From the NCBI RefSeq assembly GCF_001194135.2, contig NC_068988.1, forward strand, positions 84,909,334-84,945,116: 35,783 nucleotides of DNA, in the 5' to 3' direction. The notes beneath the pieces are model-generated. The model saw only the letters and a program-made list of their open reading frames with translations. It did no database searches and was not told where the DNA came from. Source of the stretch: Octopus bimaculoides (Eukaryota). Below, piece by piece: positions 11,282-22,603 of this stretch (position 1 is the first letter of the stretch; each line of letters starts with the position of its first letter). A program made the position numbers and the translations under genes.

Positions 11282-14200
11282 CACAATGTAACCTCGTGGA
11301 TATCGTTGGCGATTTTTTCTTCCTCCGTCTTCCCTTCTTTGGACTTTCCTATGTTTCCAACGAAGAGCTCCGCTCGAAACGTCAAATTCTCTTTCCTTCC
11401 TTTCCCGAGCGTCCAGTAACACAATCTGTATCACGTCCTCGTGTTGTTGTTCTTTTTGTTGTTGTTTTTTTGTTGTTTTTCTTTTTTGAACCTATATATA
11501 TACCAAACTGTGTAAATCTGGTCCTGTGCTTATCCTTATCAATAGGATAATATGACAGTTTGAAATAGATTTTTATCCCACAATATTGAGATCATTGCTC
11601 GATGAAGTGATTGAGTTCACAAGAACATATGTTAATATTGATCACATAAACCTTGACTTTATAATGCATAGTGAGGGCTCGGCATAGATTAAAAATTCCA
11701 ATACAGATGGATCGTTTGATATGTATCAGTGGGATCTCATAACAGTTCAGACATCTGTGGCCGTTGTGGGCATTAGGGGGTGCGGTTAGGTTAAGAATAT
11801 AGTTTGCTAAAGGGTGTTATATGATATTTAATGTCAGCAACCCAGGTGAGATAGGGGTCTGCTAGACTGGTTCTATGGTGGGCTAGAGTGGGGCATAGGT
11901 GATATTTTATTATACTAGGCTTAGAGAAGTGGGTATCTGGGAGAGGACTGAAGATAAAATAAGGAAAAAGAATAAAGAAAGCAAAAGGTTAAAGTGAAGA
12001 AATATAAATGCATAAATAATGCCAATTGGGCATAGGGTCAGGGTTTAGGATTCGCTAGCTAAGGCTAAAGAACAGAGGGAGGAGGGCAGAGAAATACAGA
12101 ATTTAGGGGTATTCTGTGGATATAGTTTGGGAGAAGGCAATCAAATGATATGCTGTGTTAAGGAATTGTAGTATTATACATTTTATCTGGTAGAGTGGAA
12201 AGATGTAGGGTGTCGTTTTAGATACGATTATGTTATATGGGATAGTGGAGACTGCTTGTAATATTAGGGCATGTTTGCCTGGAGAGGAAATATCTAGTAG
12301 TAATAGTAGAGTACAACTTATCATTAAGGAGTTCAAAGGAAGAGGGGTATTATATAATAAACTACACCTACTACTGAGTTAGAGGAAATACCAGATTGGG
12401 TATCAAAGAAAGCCAGCAGTAGGAAGTAGTCTAATGATTAACAATTTGGAATGCTACATAATATCATTGATATTATTTAATTAGATATTATTTAATCAGG
12501 TAATGCAACTCTTGACAATAATCACAGGTAAGAGGTTTGGATAGTGTGTTCCATGTATTATTTAACATGCACAGTACAAATAACTGTATCTTGGTATAAG
12601 GATTACTTACTTAGTGTAATTGGAAAAGAACTGGCTAGGGTGTGCAGATTGCTACTTCTAGGTTAAATACCTTTGCTATTGCTCATGCATAATACTGGGT
12701 ATACTAACCCAGTTAGTTCCTTCAATATAGCATACCATGCTTTTTATGTGGCACCATCACCAGTGCTTTTTACATGGCACTATCACCAGTGCTTTTTATA
12801 GTAGAAGACACCTGCCCAAGGTGCCACAAGTGGAACCCACTGTACAGAAGATGGGAGTGATTAGGGTGAAGCTAGAAAGAGATAAAATTAATGGTGATAA
12901 GGTGTCAGGGGTGGACCTTCAAGATACAAGGTGAGTAGGGGTCACAAGAGTGTATGGAAGAGTGAGTGATGGTTAGAGATAGAGAATGATTGAAGAGGTG
13001 AATATCATGAAAAACAAGAACAAGTGTTCAATACTTTTTTAAAAATTACAAAAAACAAATCCTGAAAATCTTTTGATTTTTGTTATGATTGATTGCTAAG
13101 GTTTTAATATAAATAATATTTAACATTATAAGCCCAATTGGTGAGAGAAAAAGATGAAATAAAGGTTATTGGCAGGTTTGACATGTCTATTAATTAGAAA
13201 AGGAATAACAGTTGTTTACTTGGAATCACAGCTGATTGGCAACTGATACATGGCTGTTTGAATCTTGTAAGATGGCCTGTTACTCTTGTTCCATCTCAAA
13301 CTGGTGTTTATTGTACCAAATATAATCTCAGCTATGAATCTTACCTCGCACCCCAGTTACACTGAACCAATCGCCAGTCTCCATCAATGTAAATAGCATT
13401 CCATGTATTTTGGAAGTTTTCTGGAAGGATCTTCATACCTGGCTCATAGCCAACACTTTTGGAATGGCCCTTGATTTCAACACACTGCAGCCCAGCATAA
13501 CTGAAATAAGACAGACAGACGTATGAAGGAAAGTCAACAGAATGTTTTATAATAGAATGTCAGTTATCTTTTTCTTTTTTACATGTGAGAGAGAGAAGTG
13601 TGTGTGAGGGGGATGGGTTCTTGATCAATTTATTCAGATCCAGTAATTTACAACCAATCGTTTTATTGATAACTCCTAGTGTGACTGCAAGAGAAGGTAA
13701 TCATGGTTCATTGAACTATTTTCAATCACTGATTGGCAATTATCTTAATGATCATTTCCACTGTAACTACAAGAGGGGATGCATGTAGTTCATTCAGGGA
13801 CCAGATGGCAGTCTTAATCTGGGTAATGGATTACGTCTTAAGGAGAAAAAACCCCACCAAAGGGGTGCTTGGAAATAAATTGTTCCAAACACATAAAGTA
13901 ACTGGTGTTGCTGTTGCTGTTACTGCTACTGCTGCTGCCATCATCACACCCTTGCTTTCCTCACACCACTACTATTAATACTACCCCACCACCACCATTT
14001 TGAGGATACCTTCCTCTCTCTCTCTCTCTCTCTCTTTCTCCCTATCTCTCCCTCCCATCAGTTTCAGCTATGTAAAGAGTCAAGGACACTGCTTACCCTC
14101 TAGACTAAAAGATAAAAAAAAGACAAAGACTGGAGCAATGTGAAATGAAGAATCTTGCTGAAGGACACAACATACTACCATTTTCCTGTAACAAAAACCT

Positions 14201-15767
14201 ATGATCTTATAATTGTAAGTTTATCACCATAACCACAACCACCATCTGCTTTTCAAACGTGTCAAGGTCACACGGTACATGTGTAACATGCCATGAGTGT
14301 GTAGTGGTAAGTCTTATAAATCAAAAAGGTTGTAGATCTCTCTAAATCATCACAAGGTGGCGTGCTTATATCTAGATCAAGTCAACCCAGTGAAACCCAT
14401 TCTTGCCTAAGCTATTTTATTTTGTGTTTCAGTCTAAGGAAGAAGGGTAGGACCAGCCCCATGACTTTCTGCAAACCCTCTGTTACTGGTTGGCAGAAAG
14501 GGAGGAATAAATCATACCTTAAGAGTAACTTACAGATTAGAAATCAGCTCTAAATGCTTTTAATACAGTGGACTCTGCTGAAGATATCCAAGGACCAGAT
14601 TGTGATGTTAATTTGGGTAATGGATTAGGTCTTGTTTTGTTTTAATTGCTGGGTCTGAAGAAAAGTGATTAGTAGAGGGTCTGAGGCTGGACACCACAAG
14701 GTGATGAAGAGGAAGAGAGCTGAGTGGGATAGGAATACCAGAGTGGTTGGTGGTATGAACTCAGCCAGTTCTAATGAGAGAGACCATTATAGCAGCAGTA
14801 AAACAGTCAGAGAAAGGAGACCATGTACCTGTGGGTCAAAGGTTAGAGTTTGGCCATGAATTACTTTATGACTATCAGTCAGGTCGTCCTTTTGTGAATA
14901 TCTGCAAACCAAGAATAGGTTCAGCCCAGTCAAACAAGCTTTGGCATATTTTCAATTTATCCAGTTTTACCAACAAGGCTAAGCTCATCTAAGGCTCTTG
15001 TAGAGGACACCTGTTCAAGATACTACACATTGGGATCAAAACCAGAACCACAGAAGTGAAAAGTGAACCCCTCAACTACATAGCCATACCCATACCACAA
15101 GAGCAATTGAATTCTACTGTAAGCTAACAAAACAGAAATCAACTTTACAATTCTGCTGCCTCTGTTGACAATAACATGTTATTCTGAAGCTGCAGTAATT
15201 GTTTACAGCTAGGTAGACTGGGCTATTTGTGAGTTAACTGTTGTGACCACTAACACAGTACAATGTCAGTGACAAAATATTGACTTTTGGCCTCCACTAC
15301 CCAATCCATTCAATGCCATTAGGGCCATCTTTCTAATAATGTACTCCTAACATTTTAAAGAGTCAATGTTACTAGTTACAGTCACATGTTAAAACTTTTG
15401 ATTCAAAATCAAAAGCTGATGTAAGTTGATAACACAAGATGAAATTATAAGACAAAGTCATAAGTGAATGTCATAAGTCAAAAAGTCATATGTTAATGTC
15501 ATAAGTTTAGGTAAAAAATCAAAGTAAAAAATCAATATGTTGGATAGTTTTTTTTCCCTTATTACTTTACCTGCACAATCTCATAAAAAGTACATGGTAG
15601 GTTTCAGTGCCATATTTAATTCCTCTCAGAATTCCTAGTGGTGTGTCATTGTCTACAATATCATCAAACTGCATCACATTCAGGTCCATAACTGTTATCC
15701 ATCGGTAGATTGCTCTAGACAAATAACAGGAAACAATTATCATGATAAGTTTTCTGTCCTTCAATAG

Positions 15768-15799
<32 letters not shown>

Positions 15800-17326
15800 T
15801 TATTTATATACACACACATACATGTATCTTTGAATAATAACAAAAATCATTGACATTTTGAATGCATTTAATATATATGTTATTCTGCAGATATTCATTC
15901 TCTTTAGTCACTACAAGTGAAATACCTTGATGTCGTTATTAATCAAATGTTATGTGACTTATGTTTATAACAATCTAGCCTTCCCTACTAGGATATGGTT
16001 ATAATGCAACATTTATGGAGGAGTGAAATGTTGATCTAAATACTGAATCAGAAATATCTGGTAAAGTATACTGCATCAGAGCATGCTACTACATATATAT
16101 ATAAATATGTACACACATGTAAATATTTAGTCAATAGTTGTTAGCCCAGCCAAATATATTCTGTTTTGTTTATGGCTCAAGGACTTCAAGTACTTTATTA
16201 TAAGTTTCCAGACATATCACCCTCTAGAGTAAATATATAAAAATCTACATATAAATCTATATCTATCAATCTGACTGTCTGTATGGATGTGTGTGTATAT
16301 ATATATATATATATATTACAGCCTGGCTGCTTTCCAGTTCCCCGTCAAACTGGCCTGTACATGCCAGCCTGAAAAGTGAACACTGAATGATATACACACA
16401 CACACACACATATATATATATACATACATATAAATAAAGTTAGATAAGGCTGGCTTATGGGATTACCCTGGGTTTCACATCTATAGAGCATTTAGCTTTA
16501 AGGCATATCATCAGATCCCAAAACCTGTTGGCTTTAAGGCCTCCCTAGCGAGTGGCCTCTCTAGAATATGGAGGAGGAAAGGACCTCGCTACTCAATGTC
16601 AACAACAGGAGATTGTCTCCTTTCGGTTAGCATGCAAGGCAAACATTCTAAAGGACTACCTCAACCCAGGGAACATCCTTAATTCCAGAATAGAGGTCTT
16701 CGGAAATTCCTGCTGGTCTATTGAAACCCACAAGATAACAGGGTCACTGGCAATCGATAGACAAAAGGAGACAATCCTCTGTTGTTGACATTGAGTAGCA
16801 AGGTCCTTTTCTCCTCCAAAATCTAGAGAGGCCACTTGCTAGAGAAGACTTAAGCCAACAGGTTTTGGAATCTGATGATACACCGTAAAGCTAATCGCTT
16901 TAAGGATATGAAACCCAGGGTAATCCCATAAACCAGCCTTATCTAACTTTATTTATGTTATATACTGCTCTATAACTTAGAGTGGGCTTCTTTTTCGGAT
17001 TTATGCTTTGCTGACTAGGACTTTTGAGTGAGATCGTTGCCAGTGCCCCTGGACTGGCTCTTGTGCGGGTGGCACGTAAAATACACCATTTTGAGCGTGG
17101 CCGTTGCCAGTACCGCCTGACTGGCCTTCGTGCCGGTGGCACGTAAAAGCACCCACTACACTCTCTGAGTGGTTGGTGTTAGGAAGGGCATCCAGCTGTA
17201 GAAAATCTGCCAAATCAGATTGGAGCCTGGTGTAGCCATCTGGTTTCATCAGTCCTCAGTCAAATCGTCCAAACCCATGCTAGCATAGAAGGCGGACGTT
17301 AAATGACGATGATGATGATGATGATG

Positions 17327-17360
<34 letters not shown>

Positions 17361-17981
17361 GTGTGTGTGTATGTATGTATATATATGAACAGGTTGAAAC
17401 GTGTTGTACCTAATAAAGTATTTTTCTCATTCCATCTANNNNNNNNNNNNNNNNNNNNNNNNNNNNNNNNNNNNNNNNNNNNNNNNNNNNNNNNNNNNNN
17501 NNNNNNNNNNNNNNNNNNNNNNNNNNNNNNNNNNNNNNNNNNNNNNNNNNNNNNNNNNNNNNNNNNNNNNNNNNNNNNNNNNNNNNNNNNNNNNNNNNNN
17601 NNNNNNNNNNNNNNNNNNNNNNNNNNNNNNNNNNNNNNNNNNNNNNNNNNNNNNNNNNNNNNNNNNNNNNNNNNNNNNNNNNNNNNNNNNNNNNNNNNNN
17701 NNNNNNNNNNNNNACAGTTGCACATTTTGGCATTCTTTTGGTTTAACCTGAAGAAATGCCAAAATAAACAGCTGTCTTTGTTCATTCATTTCCCTAAAAA
17801 TCTTTTATTTATTTACTTTTGTTTTAAAGTGAAAGAAGGAAGAAAGTAAAAGATGTATGTATGTATATATGAAATGAATGTGTGTATGAGAGAGAGAGAG
17901 AAAGAGAGAGTGAGTGAAGGGGTGTGTTGTCATGTATACGTACATACATAAATAAATAAATATGCATACATCCTTTTTGTA

Positions 17982-18039
<58 letters not shown>

Positions 18040-18169
18040 TGCCACTTAGACATCACTCCCTCTCTGTCACACACATACACATGCACATAAACATACAAAA
18101 AAGATGTATGCATATATATTTATGTATGTGCGTGTACATGACAACACACCCCTTCACTCACTCTCACTT

Positions 18170-18209
<40 letters not shown>

Positions 18210-20068
18210 ATATACATAAATGTATACAAACGTACATACAAAAACACGTGTGACAGACTATAAATACACAGAGCTGAACATGGTGTGCAAAAAGTAAATA
18301 AAAACAATTTTTTATGGAAATTAACAAAGTGTGCGGGGTTCAAGCGAAAGAATGCCCATATTTTTTGGGACACTCCATGTTGAATTACAAAATTCTAATG
18401 TAATATTTGTATAATAACAAAATCAAACCTGGAGTGTGTGTGTTTATATTACAGAGACAGTGTATGTGTGAGAGACAGAGAGGGGGAGAGAGAATATTGC
18501 AAACAATGAATGAAATAAATATGAAATGAAAAGAATCATATAAATAAATGCTCATTAAAAACTATCTTGTACCGAATATTTAAATTTGTGAACTTGAAAT
18601 ATTCAATAATAAAAGTAAGTCCAGCAAATAAATTTTCATGAAAACTTCGATTTATAAGAAATCTCACTTGTTTAGTAAATATTTCTTTCAGTAATTTATC
18701 ATATTTGTCTGCAAATAGCATATTAAAACTTGAAATGAAAACATTAAAACAGAGATTGAGAGATTTTGCAAATGAAAATGGAAAATTTTGCCTGCAATGG
18801 TTGCTACATCAATAGTGGAAGTTGACACTGAAAAACCTTATTAAAGATGTGAATCATATATATAAAGCAATGTTATATATTTTAAAAAAAATAAATAAAT
18901 AAAACAAAGAACTTATGCATCCGAAGTCAAATTATTCATGCATCCCAAGTATGGAACCAATTCGTGCAGCTGTTTATGCGTTAAAAGCGAATACACACAC
19001 ACAAAGGTATATTTTATATATAAGATATATATAGATATATATATATAGGGAGAATTCACGAAAAAACAACAGACGAAGACAGGTGGTGTAAACAACAAAT
19101 GGATGTATTAGTATAACGCTCAGGAATAGAGAAAGTCTTTAACGTTTCGAGCCTATGCTCTTCAACAGAAAGGAATACAGAAAGAAATAAGGAGAGAAAA
19201 AAGAGAAAAAAATTATGCGTAGTGGTCAGCGATGTATCATGGCGAATGATATATATACACACACACACACACACATTTTTCTTTTTATTTGTCTTAGTCA
19301 TTTGACTGCGGCTATGCTGGAGCACCACCTCTNNNNNNNNNNNNNNNNNNNNNNNNNNNNNNNNNNNNNNNNNNNNNNNNNNNNNNNNNNNNNNNNNNNN
19401 NNNNNNNNNNNNNNNNNNNNNNNNNNNNNNNNNNNNNNNNNNNNNNNNNNNNNNNNNNNNNNNNNNNNNNNNNNNNNNNNNNNNNNNNNNNNNNNNNNNN
19501 NNNNNNNNNNNNNNNNNNNNNNNNNNNNNNNNNNNNNNNNNNNNNNNNNNNNNNNNNNNNNNNNNNNNNNNNNNNNNNNNNNNNNNNNNNNNNNNNNNNN
19601 NNNNNNNNNNNNNNNNNNNNNNNNNNNNNNNNNNNNNNNNNNNNNNNNNNNNNNNNNNNNNNNNNNNNNNNNNNNNNNNNNNNNNNNNNNNNNNNNNNNN
19701 NNNNNNNNNNNNNNNNNNNNNNNNNNNNNNNNNNNNNNNNNNNNNNNNNNNNNNNNNNNNNNNNNNNNNNNNNNNNNNNNNNNNNNNNNNNNNNNNNNNN
19801 NNNNNNNNNNNNNNNNNNNNNNNNNNNNNNNNNNNNNNNNNNNNNNNNNNNNNNNNNNNNNNNNNNNNNNNNNNNNNNNNNNNNNNNNNNNNNNNNNNNN
19901 NNNNNNNNNNNNNNNNNNNNNNNNNNNNNNNNNNNNNNNNNNNNNNNNNNNNNNNNNNNNNNNNNNNNNNNNNNNNNNNNNNNNNNNNNNNNNNNNNNNN
20001 NNNNNNNNNNNNNNNNNNNNNNNNNNNNNNNNNNNNNNNNNNNNNNNNNNNNNNNNNNNNNNNNNNNN

Positions 20069-20106
<38 letters not shown>

Positions 20107-21016
20107 CACACATACATATACACACACACACACACACACACATATCTTTCATCAGAAAAAATAACAGGAAAGCAACATTATTGATACTTCAACAGATTCA
20201 TTTAGTGAGTTCATTTCAGTACTGCAATACCACTTGCTCTTCTATGCAATGCTTGCATCATCTCATCAGGGATACAGAAATATTAAAAAAAAAAAAAATG
20301 AATAGCTTGATTGCCAACTTATATAGCATAGAAGGAGTGTGGAATCAAATCAAGCAAGCATCTAGACGAGTTAACAATTGTATTTAACACATATGAAGTT
20401 ATGTGGGGTTTTTAGATTGTATATCAAGCATATGATATCAGAGATAAAGAGTTCAAGAGATTTGTAAAAAAAAATCAACAATCATGAAACTGATTATGAT
20501 ATCAATGCGTATCTGCTGTCTATACACAGATGCCTACACAACACTAAACACACAATACATGTGTATACATGCATCTGTCTATCTGGTTGGCTGTATGTAC
20601 GTACGTATGTATGTATGATGCATGCAGATAGCCAGACAGACACTTGTATTGGTTTTTCATGTATGTATATTGTTGTGTAGGTGTAATTGTACATAATACA
20701 GATATACGTAGATAACTTAATCAGTTTTATAGCTGCTGCTTTTCTTATAAATCTCTTGATTTATCTCTTTATCTCTGATCTGATATGCTTGATATACAAT
20801 CTAAAACCCCACATAACTTCATGTGTGTTAAATACAATTGTTAATTTGTCTAAATGCATGCATGTATGTATGTATGTATGTATGTATGCATATATGTGTG
20901 TATGTATGTAGGTATAAACATACATGTACATGAATATAGACATATGCTCATATAATTCAATACAAAAATACATTGACACATAACACATACATATAGCACA
21001 TGTTTGCATGCATATA

Positions 21017-21052
<36 letters not shown>

Positions 21053-21134
21053 TCACACACATCTGTGCCTTTATGTATCTTTGTGTGTGTGTAGGTATGT
21101 ATATTTATAGAGAGGAATATATATACATGTATAT

Positions 21135-21204
<70 letters not shown>

Positions 21205-22539
21205 TTATGTGTGTGTGTATACACACACACACACACATATATACATAAACATGTTGGTCTTACAGGAAGCTGTATATACAGTAGTAGAGACAGAGAATAA
21301 GAATTGCTGCTCAGCAAGAGATAATCATTTCTAAGTATATCCACATATTTTATCTTCTGTGGAGAAATTAATATATATGCATACAGGTATATATGTATGT
21401 ATGTGTATATATATGTACATATATATATCATCACCATCGTCTACTTTTCCATACTTGCATGGGTCAGACAGAATTCATGGTAGATGTTCTAGGGCCAGAT
21501 ACTTTCCCTGTTGGCAATCCTCACCTGCTTTCAGGTGAAGTCATGGTTGAACATGTTTTCCCAGAAGACTGTCGGCAAGGGGCACAGTTTGCATGATGAA
21601 GTTATTTGTTTACATCTATCATATGACATGAAAACAAAGAGATATAAATACAATACACCACACACATGCAAGATGACAAAGGGCTGAGATGATTGGCAAT
21701 TTGTGGTGCTGGAGAAGACCCATCCAGCTGAGGAAAATTGAGGCCATAAAGACATGGTGTTTATGTCCATGTTTCTGCACACAATCTCTCCCCGACAAAC
21801 CTCTCCCCAATAACGAATCTTCCTAACAGCTTCCGCATCCCAGCTCCCCACCTGAGTTTATCACTCACTGTATTCCCCTCTCCCCTATCTCTCACTTTCC
21901 CTTTGCACCCTTGTGAACCTACCTGCACACAATGTGTTGAATCTCTTTCCCACAGCATATCCTCCTAACACCCCCCATCTACTTGTCTCCACTCACTGCA
22001 TGCCCTTCCCCCACCTCCCACTCTCCTTTTCAATCTTGCAAACTTACCCACTCACTCACCCTACCCAGTTCTTTCTTGGTCCTACTTGTACACACCTTCC
22101 CTGTAACTTTAGTGTACAACCCCACCAATCACACTTTTTCCATCATTTCTCCCTTCTCATTCTCCTCTCTCCTACTGAAGTAGCCAAGATACTGTCCCCT
22201 CTATTCATACTCAACCTTTCCCTGCCTGGCACAAAGCTACCTCTCTCGATACTGCTTCCCCAATCAGTTGAAGGGTTTTGCTTTGTAAGTTACTTGGTGA
22301 CCTTGCCAGTGATGGTGCCATGTGAAAAGCACCCAGTACACTTTGTAAAGTGGTTGGCATTAGGAAGGGCATACAACTATAGAAACCATGCCAAAGCAGA
22401 TAGTCAAGCTTCTTGGTGCAATCTTGTGACTAGCTAGCTTCAGTCAAACTGTCCAATCCATGACAGCATGAAAAATGATCATGACAGTGGTCTCACACAC
22501 ACACACATGCATATATATGTACGTACGTGTGTGTGTGTG

Positions 22540-22603
<64 letters not shown>

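Larger units (their letters stand above)
16431..16955. mobile_element. 525-bp foldback, probably an inverted pseudo-LTR PLE derivative, with a hammerhead in each arm
   Basis: Inverted arms 16431-16623 and 16764-16955 (about 190 bp, high but imperfect identity), 140-bp spacer. Confidence 0.85.

Noticed and set aside
16552-16788. 78-aa ORF inside the foldback as a standalone gene
   Set aside because: It starts in the inverted arm and has no splice or homology support; at most a decayed GIY-YIG tail.
17396-17417. GAAAC-GT-GT-T-GTACC-TAATAAA, a possible 3' half of another PLE hammerhead (ACGCGT decayed)
   Set aside because: No 5' core or stem I partner remains; too little sequence to support.
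17724-17775. 11-bp hairpin enclosing CTGAAGA followed by aaacagctgtc
   Set aside because: GAAA and stem II are missing and the topology does not fit a hammerhead; it sits next to a gap.
17249-20387. Long ORFs in the track (up to 390 aa) crossing N runs
   Set aside because: Open only because N codons contain no stops; the ends are microsatellite translations.
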